Source of the DNA: a bacterium UBP13_UBA5359
GTDB taxonomy: Bacteria; UBP13; UBA5359
NCBI GenBank assembly: GCA_002410925.1
Contig: DHPR01000015.1
Span: 1 to 64,000, forward strand
DNA length: 64,000 nucleotides
Reading direction: 5' to 3'
Position numbers and translations under genes: made by a program. The notes under the pieces were generated by a model, which saw only the letters and a list, made by a program, of their open reading frames with translations, was not told where the DNA came from and made no database searches. Positions 56,624 through 64,000 of this stretch are shown piece by piece. Every line of letters begins with the position of its first letter. The first letter of the stretch is position 1.

Positions 56624-58133
56624 ACGTGCCGCTGATGATTATGCCATCTCTCCCATCATACTCATGGAGAATGCCGGCATCTCCGTAGCTGCTGCAGCTA
56701 TGGAGATGCCGGCAGGTAGAAGCGCTTCGTCCCGGGTATGTGTTGTCTGCGGTCGGGGCAATAATGGCGGGGACGGCATGGTTGCGGCTCGCCATCTCTT
56801 CAACAGGGGTATAGCCGTTTGTGTCTATCTTGTTGGAAATTTATCTGCCATGAAGGGGGAGGCGCGGAGCAATGCAGAGGTGGCCATGCGCCTTGGCATC
56901 TCTCTGACAGAGGTTCAGGATGAAGCCGGGCTTAATGAATTGCGGCACAATCTGTTGAGTTGCCGGCTGGCCGTAGATGCCCTTCTGGGAACGGGTTTTA
57001 AAGGTATGGCAGAGGGTCTGACGCTGGAGGTTATACGTCTGTTGAACTCCACCGGCGGCGCCGTCCTGGCTGTGGATGTGCCCTCCGGATTGGATGCCGA
57101 TAACGGCAAGCCGCTTCCCGAGGCTGTCAGAGCTGCGCGTACGGTAACTCTGGCTTTGCCCAAGCCCGGCCTTTTGGTATATCCCGGCATAGAGTATACG
57201 GGTATGCTTACGGTAGCGGATATATCCGTTCCGAGGAACTTGCTGGTATCCGATGATCTTAAAACTAATATTCTTACAGAGGCGGAGGCGGCCGCCATGC
57301 TGCCGTTCAGAGCACCGCAAACCTATAAAAATGCAGAGGGTATGGTGTTGGCTATAGGTGGTGCCAGAGGAATGACGGGAGCTATCAGCTTGACCGGTAT
57401 AGCAGCTTTACGTGGCGGGGCGGGCATGGCCAGGCTTGCCGTGCCTGCACAAGAGCAACCGGTGGTGGCTGCTTATCATCGAGAATTGATGGTTTCGCCG
57501 GTGGACGGCACCTCTCACGGATGTATAGCTCCTTCAGCCTTGCCGGGACTTGCCGGAATATTGAACGAAGCGAATGTAGTCGCCGTCGGCCCCGGCATGA
57601 CCCGACGTGACGAGGCTCTGGAGTTTGTCAGGCAGCTTTTGCGCGAGTATAAAGGCCCTGTAGTTGTTGATGCCGATGCGCTTTACGCTCTAACCCCGTC
57701 AGGGTTGAAAACAGAGGCTGGAGCAGTGATAACTCCCCATCCCGGCGAGATGGCTCATCTTCTGGATAGCAGTGCCGCCGAAGTGCAGAAAGAGAGGTTT
57801 GGAGCTGCGGCGCGAGCAGCGGAGATATATGGAGCTGTAACCGTTTTGAAGGGTGCCGGAACTCTGATAGCGCATCCTGACGGACGCCTTTTCATTAACA
57901 CTACCGGAAATTCCGGCATGGCCACGGCCGGGGCGGGAGATGTGCTGACGGGATTGATAGCTGCCCTTATCGCTCAGGGTATGGTTCTCTATGACGCAGC
58001 AGTGCTGGGCGCCTATTTGCATGGATTAGCCGGAGATCTGGCGGCTGCAGATAAAGGAAAAACCTCTCTGGTGGCCGGTGATATCATAGATTATTTACCG
58101 GCAGCCTTTGCTAGACTGGAGGGTATGGCATGA
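56583..58133 (+). CDS. nnr: Bifunctional NAD(P)H-hydrate epimerase/dehydratase (YjeF/Nnr)
   Basis: LMENAG, CGRGNNGGDG, DALLGTG, AVDVPSG, VDADAL, ITPHPGEM, LKGAGT, MATAGAGDVLTG. Start set to TTG 56583 after GGAGG. Confidence 0.95.
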   Translation: MKVALAAEMRGIDKRAADDYAISPIILMENAGISVAAAAMEMPAGRSASSRVCVVCGRGNNGGDGMVAARHLFNRGIAVCVYLVGNLSAMKGEARSNAEVAMRLGISLTEVQDEAGLNELRHNLLSCRLAVDALLGTGFKGMAEGLTLEVIRLLNSTGGAVLAVDVPSGLDADNGKPLPEAVRAARTVTLALPKPGLLVYPGIEYTGMLTVADISVPRNLLVSDDLKTNILTEAEAAAMLPFRAPQTYKNAEGMVLAIGGARGMTGAISLTGIAALRGGAGMARLAVPAQEQPVVAAYHRELMVSPVDGTSHGCIAPSALPGLAGILNEANVVAVGPGMTRRDEALEFVRQLLREYKGPVVVDADALYALTPSGLKTEAGAVITPHPGEMAHLLDSSAAEVQKERFGAAARAAEIYGAVTVLKGAGTLIAHPDGRLFINTTGNSGMATAGAGDVLTGLIAALIAQGMVLYDAAVLGAYLHGLAGDLAAADKGKTSLVAGDIIDYLPAAFARLEGMA

Positions 58134-58591
58134 AGGCAGCGGATATTATGAGCAGAGATGTAATTACCGTCACTCCGTCAACAACTGTCAGAGAGATTGC
58201 AGATATACTTAAAGCGCAGCATATAAGCGGCTTGCCGGTTACGGAGGGGGAAGATGTTGTCGGCATAGTTTCAGAGGAGGATATCATTTTTCGAGATGCT
58301 TCTTTGCGGCTGCCGGCCTTTATTCAGATACTAGACGGTATCATCTTTTTAGAAGGATTGCAGCATTACGAAGAAGCTATAAGGAAGATGGCAGGCATGA
58401 GAGCGGCCGATATTATGACTCGCGAAGTGATATCGGTCGATCCTCATACGCCGGTGCGGGAGATAGCCGATCTAATGGTAACACATGATATAAATCGTGT
58501 GCCGGTCATAGCGGAGGGGATACTGATCGGTATAATTACCAGGGCAGACATCGTCAGATATGCTGCCGGGCGCAGTGTTATTATTGACTGA
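58130..58591 (+). CDS. CBS-pair domain protein
   Basis: Two CBS repeats (ADIMSRDVITV...ISGLPV...GIVSE.D and ADIMTREVISV...INRVPV...GIITRADI). Confidence 0.92.
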   Translation: MKAADIMSRDVITVTPSTTVREIADILKAQHISGLPVTEGEDVVGIVSEEDIIFRDASLRLPAFIQILDGIIFLEGLQHYEEAIRKMAGMRAADIMTREVISVDPHTPVREIADLMVTHDINRVPVIAEGILIGIITRADIVRYAAGRSVIID

Positions 58592-58677
58592 CCGACCTGG
58601 GCATAGCCCGGAACAGTAGCCTTCGTCGTCTTGTTTGAAAAAGCATTCAAAATTTTTAAAAATTTGAAGGTCGGTCG

Positions 58678-58706
58678 TTGACAATTTATACCGCTCTGAT
58701 TATAAT
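58678..58706 (+). promoter_or_regulatory. Consensus sigma-A promoter of the tRNA gene
   Basis: TTGACA (58678-83), 17 bp, TATAAT (58701-06), with an AT-rich UP-like tract upstream. Confidence 0.85.
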
Positions 58707-58736
58707 AAGCACGGCCAATTAAGACCGGTACAGCGT

Positions 58737-58813
58737 GGCTAAGTAGCTCAGTTGGTCAGAGCGAGCGGTTCATACCCGCTAGGTCGCTGGTTCGAGTCCA
58801 GCCTTAGCCACCA
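58737..58813 (+). tRNA. tRNA-Met (CAT), elongator type
   Basis: Acceptor stem GGCTAAG/CTTAGCC, D-arm AGCTCAGTTGGTCAGAGC, anticodon arm AGCGG-TTCATAC-CCGCT, T-loop GTTCGAGTC and encoded ACCA. The G1-C72 pair excludes an initiator tRNA. Confidence 0.93.
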
Positions 58814-58830
58814 AAATCAAAACCTTCAAC

Positions 58831-58852
58831 AAGGCTCTCCGGAGTCTTTTTT
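58831..58852 (+). terminator. Rho-independent terminator after tRNA-Met
   Basis: AAGGCTC-TCCG-GAGTCTT followed by TTTT. Confidence 0.7.
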
Positions 58853-58885
58853 AATATCTGCGTATTCTGGGATGGAGGATAAAAA

Positions 58886-60169
58886 ATGAGAAGTATAAAC
58901 ATTGGTATACTCGGCCTGGGAACGGTAGGCTGTGGTACTGCTGAGTTGTTGCAGCGCAACGCTGAACTTATTTCCAGGAGAGTGGGCGCAGATATAAGGA
59001 TCGCTGCCGTAGTCGATCGGGACTTGGAGCGCCCTCGACCGGTCTCCTTTCCTCCTGAAAGCATGACTACCGATGCTCGCCGGGTAATCGCTGATCCTGA
59101 TATCGATATCATTGTAGAAGTTATCGGCGGTGTTCACCCTGCCCGTGAGTTCATTATCGAAGCATTGCAGCAGGGCAAAAATGTTGTTACGGCTAATAAA
59201 GAGCTTATTGCCAAGCATGGCTCTGAAATATTGGATGTTGCCGGCCGATATGGCCGCGATTTTCTCTTTGAGGCCAGCGTAGGCGGCGGCATTCCTATCA
59301 TCGGACCGCTTAAGTCGTCCTTGATAGCTAACAGAATAGAAAAAATCCTTGGTATAGTTAATGGCACTACCAACTATATTCTGACCAGCATGAGCAGTGT
59401 GGGAAAGGATTTTGCCGATGTCTTGCGGGAAGCACAGGCAATGGGATATGCCGAAGCCGATCCTACCAGCGATGTCGACGGCTATGATTCTGCTTACAAG
59501 CTGGCCATCCTTTCGGCCATAGCTTTCAATACTCGGATTAGGATAGAGGATATATATTGCGAGGGTATAAGAGGTATAAGCTCCAAAGATATAGCCTATG
59601 CCGCCGAACTGGGATACGTTATTAAATTGCTGGCTGTGGCACGCCCTTTCGATGGGCAGGTGGAGGCTAGAGTTCATCCGGCCATGCTTCCGGTAGATCA
59701 TCCGCTGGCCTCCGTCAATGATGTCTTTAATGCCGTCTGGCTCAGAGGTGATGGTGTCGGCGATCTGATGTTTTACGGCAGAGGGGCCGGTTCATTGCCG
59801 ACAGGCAGTGCTATTATCGGAGATGTGGTGGAATCGGCACGCAATATCATTAACGGCGCCAGCGGACGCATCTCATGTACCTGCTTTGATAAATTGAATA
59901 TACGGCCCATATCCGATATATCACTGAAATATTATCTGCGCCTGCAGGTGGCCGATAAACCTGGTGTCCTGGCCTCTTTAGCCGGTGTACTAGGCGATCA
60001 TACAGTCAGTATCTCCTCGGTTGTTCAGAAGAGTGGCGGTGATATGGCAGAGCTTGTTATTATTACCCATGAAGTGGAGGAGAAGAATGTGCAGGCCGCC
60101 ATCGGCGTTTTGAGAGAGATGAATTACGTTAGTGAAGTAAGCAGTCTTATACGGTTAGAGGAGGAGTAA
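58886..60169 (+). CDS. hom: Homoserine dehydrogenase with a C-terminal ACT domain
   Basis: [55 protein letters not shown]. Confidence 0.97.
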   Translation: MRSINIGILGLGTVGCGTAELLQRNAELISRRVGADIRIAAVVDRDLERPRPVSFPPESMTTDARRVIADPDIDIIVEVIGGVHPAREFIIEALQQGKNVVTANKELIAKHGSEILDVAGRYGRDFLFEASVGGGIPIIGPLKSSLIANRIEKILGIVNGTTNYILTSMSSVGKDFADVLREAQAMGYAEADPTSDVDGYDSAYKLAILSAIAFNTRIRIEDIYCEGIRGISSKDIAYAAELGYVIKLLAVARPFDGQVEARVHPAMLPVDHPLASVNDVFNAVWLRGDGVGDLMFYGRGAGSLPTGSAIIGDVVESARNIINGASGRISCTCFDKLNIRPISDISLKYYLRLQVADKPGVLASLAGVLGDHTVSISSVVQKSGGDMAELVIITHEVEEKNVQAAIGVLREMNYVSEVSSLIRLEEE

Positions 60170-60173
60170 GGTT

Positions 60174-61229
60174 ATGGCATGGAAGGGTTTGATCAGAGAA
60201 TACGGAAAATATCTGCCGATAACCGATAAGACTCCCGTGATAACACTGCTCGAGGGTGGTACTCCTCTGGTGGAAGCGCCGAAGCTGGCACAGCGTGTTG
60301 GCAAGGATATAAAGCTTTATTTGAAGTACGATGGCTTGAACCCCACGGGATCGTTTAAGGATAGAGGCATGACTATGGCTATATCCAAGGCCATAGAGGA
60401 GGGTTCCAGAGCTGTGATGTGTGCCTCCACCGGCAATACCTCCGCATCTGCGGCCGCTTACAGTGCCCGGGCAGGCATTGATTGCGTAGTTCTTCTACCC
60501 AAAGGTGCTATTGCCATGGGCAAGCTGGCTCAGGCGCTGATGCACGGTGCCCGGGTTATAGCCATAGAGGGCAATTTTGACGATGCCCTGCGGCTGGTAC
60601 GCGAAATTACCGATAAATATCCTGTGACCTTAGTCAACTCCATCAATCCATATAGAATAGAAGGGCAGAAAACGGCAGCCTTTGAGATTTGCGATACATT
60701 GGGCGATGCTCCTTTATACCATGCCATACCTGTCGGCAATGCCGGCAATATAACGGCGTACTGGAAAGGATATCGTGAATATTATCAGAGCGGCAAAGCA
60801 ACACGGCTGCCTAAGATGATAGGTTTTCAAGCTGCCGGAGCAGCGCCCATAGTGGAAGGTCGTCCTGTTGAAAAACCGGAAACTATCGCTACGGCCATTC
60901 GTATAGGCAATCCCGCCAGTTGGAAGAGTGCTGAAGCTGCTCGCGATGATTCCGGCGGTCTTATAGATAAAGTTACAGATGAGGAAATACTGGAGGCTTA
61001 TCGCAGCCTGGCTCAAGCGGAGGGTGTTTTTGCCGAACCCGGCTCGGCCGCTTCGGTGGCCGGAGTGCTGAAAATGGCTCGTCAGGGCTATTTCCCTGCC
61101 GGTTCTTCTATTGTCTGCACTCTTACCGGACACGGTTTGAAAGATCCTGATTGTGCTATCAAGTCCATTGGCGAGCCTGCAACGGTGGACGCTACTCTGG
61201 AGGCTGTTCTGAAAGCCATAGGCTACTGA
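60174..61229 (+). CDS. thrC: Threonine synthase
   Basis: [52 protein letters not shown]. Confidence 0.97.
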   Translation: MAWKGLIREYGKYLPITDKTPVITLLEGGTPLVEAPKLAQRVGKDIKLYLKYDGLNPTGSFKDRGMTMAISKAIEEGSRAVMCASTGNTSASAAAYSARAGIDCVVLLPKGAIAMGKLAQALMHGARVIAIEGNFDDALRLVREITDKYPVTLVNSINPYRIEGQKTAAFEICDTLGDAPLYHAIPVGNAGNITAYWKGYREYYQSGKATRLPKMIGFQAAGAAPIVEGRPVEKPETIATAIRIGNPASWKSAEAARDDSGGLIDKVTDEEILEAYRSLAQAEGVFAEPGSAASVAGVLKMARQGYFPAGSSIVCTLTGHGLKDPDCAIKSIGEPATVDATLEAVLKAIGY

Positions 61230-61246
61230 GGCCGGGAAGGTTATTA

Positions 61247-62455
61247 ATGAGAAAGCTGAAACCGATAGCTGCCGCGCAGCGATATATAATAATCGTCGGA
61301 GATGGCATGGCCGATCACCCGGTATCTGAACTGGGCGGCAGAACGCCGCTTGAAGTTGCTGCAACTCCCTGCATGGATCTAATGGCGGCAGAAGGGTGTT
61401 GCGGGCTGGTTCAGACTGTGCCGGCAGGTATGCCGCCAGGTAGTGATGTGGCCAACCTCTCTCTTATGGGATATGATCCCGCCGCAGCCTATACCGGCCG
61501 TGGCCCGCTGGAAGCAGCAGCACTGGGGGTTGCTCTTGGCCCGGAGGATTATGCTTATCGTTGCAACCTGGTGACGCTGACCGACGGCATGCTTGAGGAT
61601 TACAGCGCCGATCATATAGACAGCGCCACTGCAGGAGAGCTAATCGATCTTCTGCAGAAGAAAGAGAGCTCCAAAGAGATATCCTTGCATAAGGGAACGG
61701 CATATCGTCATCTGCTGACATGGCGCAACGGCAAGGCATTGCAAACAGTCCCTCCTCATGATATACAGGGGCGCCCCTTTGCGGATTATCTGCCACAGGG
61801 CGATGGGGCCGATATTATTATACATCTGATGAAGCGTTCCCGCGAAATACTGGCGGCTTCCGATATCAACCGCCGGCGTGCGGCTGCAGGATTGAAGCCC
61901 GCCAATTCCATCTGGCCATGGGGCGGCGGAAAGGCACCGGCCATTGCCCCGTTTGCAAGGAAATACGGCTTAAGCGGGGCAGTGATAACGGCGGTGGATC
62001 TTATTCGCGGGCTGGGCATATACGCCGGTATGCGTATCGTAGAAGTGCCCGGCGTCACCGGTTATATAGATACGGATTATGCGGCCAAAGCGGATTATGC
62101 CCTGGCTGCATTGGATGAGGCGGGCTTTGTCTTTTTACACGTAGAAGCTCCGGACGAAGCAGCGCATGCCGGCTTGCTCAGAGAAAAGATAGGGGCTATA
62201 GAGAATATCGATAGTCAGATACTGGCACCTCTTATTGACCGTGTTGGCAAGGAGGGAGCATTACGCCTCATGCTGCTGCCCGATCACGCTACGCCCATGG
62301 ATATACGAACGCACTCATCGGAGCCTGTGCCCTTTGCTATATTCCCCGCTTCCGAAAAGGGCGGAAGTATCTATACTGAGAAAGCCGCCGCTGCCGGTCC
62401 GTTAATCAAATCCGGGGCAGAATTGCTTGATCTATTTCTATCCCGAAGGGCTTGA
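61247..62455 (+). CDS. Cofactor-independent phosphoglycerate mutase (ApgM) family protein; candidate homoserine kinase
   Basis: GDGMAD, TPLEVA.TP.MD, PGSDVANLS..GYDP, YTGRGPLEAA, HVEAPDEAAH, PDHATP...THS.EPVPF. Start set to ATG 61247. Confidence 0.88.
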   Translation: MRKLKPIAAAQRYIIIVGDGMADHPVSELGGRTPLEVAATPCMDLMAAEGCCGLVQTVPAGMPPGSDVANLSLMGYDPAAAYTGRGPLEAAALGVALGPEDYAYRCNLVTLTDGMLEDYSADHIDSATAGELIDLLQKKESSKEISLHKGTAYRHLLTWRNGKALQTVPPHDIQGRPFADYLPQGDGADIIIHLMKRSREILAASDINRRRAAAGLKPANSIWPWGGGKAPAIAPFARKYGLSGAVITAVDLIRGLGIYAGMRIVEVPGVTGYIDTDYAAKADYALAALDEAGFVFLHVEAPDEAAHAGLLREKIGAIENIDSQILAPLIDRVGKEGALRLMLLPDHATPMDIRTHSSEPVPFAIFPASEKGGSIYTEKAAAAGPLIKSGAELLDLFLSRRA

Positions 62456-62458
62456 CAA

Positions 62459-63865
62459 TTGCTGTTGCATATCGTTAAAAATCTTATAAAGCGGCAGGAG
62501 CTGATCAGTGTTGGGGATAGGGTTGTGGTCGCTGTTTCCGGCGGCCCGGATTCCGTTGTTCTGTTGCATCTTCTGGACCGCCTTCGCTGTGATATTAATT
62601 TCTCTATTCATGTAGCTCATCTGGATCATATGTTCAGGGGAGAGCAGTCACGCCAGGATGCTGAATTTGTTTGTCGGCTGGCAGCGAGCATGGGGCTGGA
62701 CCATACCGTCAAAGCAATCGATGTGCCGGGTTTTCGGGGGCGTGAAAAGATCTCCTCCGCTCAGGAGGCTGCTAGAATAGTTCGTTATGCCTTTTTGAAA
62801 AAGACGGCTGAGCGTGTCGGGGCAAACAGCATAGCTGTAGCTCACAATGCTGATGACCAAGCAGAGACTGTGCTGCAAAACTTTATTCGCGGTGCAGGAG
62901 CGGAAGGATTGCGCGGTATGGCGTATAAAAGCGGCATGATCATACGGCCGCTTTTGGATGTTCCGCGTTCGGAAATAGAAAAATATTCTGCTTTGCAAGA
63001 TCTGACATTTCGGATGGATGCATCCAATGAGAGTATGTACTATACCAGAAATCGCATCAGACACTGCCTTCTGCCTGTGCTGGAGAGCTTCAATCCTGCT
63101 ATCCGGGAGGCAATTCACAAGGCATCGCACCTCCTGGCTGTCGATGATGATTATCTGGATGCTCTGGCATTGAAGGCTTATGATAAATTGCAGAACGTCA
63201 ATAAGGAGGCCGTGTCATTTTCGGACAAGGCTCTTGCCGGGTTGCACTCCTCCCTGCGTCGCCGCGTATTGAGATTGGCTATACAACGTATCAAGGGTGA
63301 TCTGCGTGATATTACTCTGGCGCATATGGAGGCTGTGGAGGCGCTGCTGGAGAAGAATGTCGGATCAGCGGTAGATTTGCCCGGATTGACGGTTTACAGA
63401 GATTACGGTCGTCTGGTAGTGGGATTTCAACCTGCTGAGCCCTTTGTAAGAGAGGGCGAGCAGGTGGCTCTGCTTCAGGTTCCCGGAGAGAATATACTGC
63501 CGCAATTTGGAATAAAGATAGAGATTACCAGACTCTCTTCAGCGGAGGCGATAAAGATAAAGCCCGGCCGCTGGCAACTGGCAATCGATACCGCCGTTTT
63601 GCCCGGCCCGCTGGCCGTTCGCTTTCGTCGTCCGGGAGACCGTATTCAACCAACAGGCATGTCCGGCACCAAGAAGCTGCAGGATATATTTGTCGATGCC
63701 AAGGTGCCGCGCTGGCAGCGAGAAGAGGTGCCGTTGCTGACAGCCGGAGATGAGATTCTCTGGATAATAGGGTATCGTGCCGACAAGCGCTGGCTGGTTC
63801 GGCATGATACGGAGCAAAGCATACTTCTGAAAGCAGAGCCTTTAATGTCCGGCAGAGCCCTGTAA
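62459..63865 (+). CDS. tilS: tRNA(Ile)-lysidine synthetase
   Basis: AVSGGPDS, AH.DH.FR, AR..RY, AHNADDQAETVL, IRPLL, DASN....Y.RNRIR, C-terminal PGD...KKLQD.FVD.KVPR. Confidence 0.96.
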   Translation: MLLHIVKNLIKRQELISVGDRVVVAVSGGPDSVVLLHLLDRLRCDINFSIHVAHLDHMFRGEQSRQDAEFVCRLAASMGLDHTVKAIDVPGFRGREKISSAQEAARIVRYAFLKKTAERVGANSIAVAHNADDQAETVLQNFIRGAGAEGLRGMAYKSGMIIRPLLDVPRSEIEKYSALQDLTFRMDASNESMYYTRNRIRHCLLPVLESFNPAIREAIHKASHLLAVDDDYLDALALKAYDKLQNVNKEAVSFSDKALAGLHSSLRRRVLRLAIQRIKGDLRDITLAHMEAVEALLEKNVGSAVDLPGLTVYRDYGRLVVGFQPAEPFVREGEQVALLQVPGENILPQFGIKIEITRLSSAEAIKIKPGRWQLAIDTAVLPGPLAVRFRRPGDRIQPTGMSGTKKLQDIFVDAKVPRWQREEVPLLTAGDEILWIIGYRADKRWLVRHDTEQSILLKAEPLMSGRAL

Positions 63866-63961
63866 TGCGGTTCTGCCGACAGCTTATGTTTATTGTTTGG
63901 CCATATTTAGTATGCTATAATGTTCCGGTGATTTTACTGGTTAAATGATGGAGGATATCAG

Positions 63962-64000
63962 TTGAAGATCGATACAAAGAAATTAGCGCTCTTTTCGCTT
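63962..64000 (+). CDS. 5' end of a gene running off the window (product unknown; ftsH or hpt often follow tilS)
   Basis: TG-n-TATAAT at about 63913-21, RBS GGAGG and a TTG start giving MKIDTKKLALFSL. Confidence 0.4.
   Translation, partial: MKIDTKKLALFSL

Noticed and set aside
58737-58813. tRNA(CAT) as the Ile2 substrate of the nearby TilS
   Set aside because: The anticodon arm GCGGTTCATACCCGC matches Firmicutes-type elongator tRNA-Met rather than the CTCATAA loop typical of Ile2. tRNAscan-SE isotype models would settle it.
58814-58885. tRNA-Met as an integration site for an island or prophage
   Set aside because: It is followed directly by a terminator and core genes; no integrase or duplicated tRNA 3' end was seen in the window.
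58826-59701. 291-aa antisense ORF opposite hom (similarly 60714..61364, 10837..11457, 15826..16422)
   Set aside because: Shadow ORFs on the reverse strand of well-conserved genes, with no motifs or RBS.
1-64000. CRISPR arrays, rRNA genes, prophage or known defence systems
   Set aside because: No regularly spaced repeats, rRNA-like tracts, or phage/defence protein motifs were recognised; intergenic regions are all under about 300 bp.

Overview
A 64-kb bacterial chromosome segment, nearly all on the + strand, mostly core genes. Gene content is Terrabacteria/Firmicutes-like (SigB-RsbVW, YtxH, DUF1292, YqeG, CdaA, ArgR), but an outer-membrane secretin implies a diderm envelope; the taxon cannot be fixed from sequence alone. 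In order: a truncated IS3-family element; a GrpB-family gene; a secreted ~24-repeat ankyrin protein with an exported hypothetical partner; TPR-phasin-apbE-maf-radC-mreBCD; a ytxH-rsbV-rsbW-sigB module; alaS-ruvX-DUF1292-mltG-yqeG-aroE; a type IVa pilus cluster (pilB,T,C,D, three prepilins, pilM,N,O,P-like,Q) flanked by shikimate genes; a polyprenol-linked glycosylation cluster; an ArgR-box-controlled argCJBDFRGH operon; an MFS pump; cdaA-glmM-acpS-nnr-CBS; tRNA-Met; hom-thrC-apgM-like; tilS. The best candidates for new biology are: (1) the pilus-adjacent glycosylation cluster, built around a catalytically eroded WecA/TagO domain fused to an intact TagA; (2) an RsbW with degenerate ATP-binding motifs; (3) an H-X9-DG/DUF1559-type prepilin as the first pilin of a pilus whose PilM, PilO and PilQ carry low-complexity inserts; (4) an ApgM-family gene in the place of thrB. 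There is one 48-nt N gap (29755-29802). No CRISPR array, rRNA or prophage was seen. All calls come from motif recognition by eye; no searches were run.
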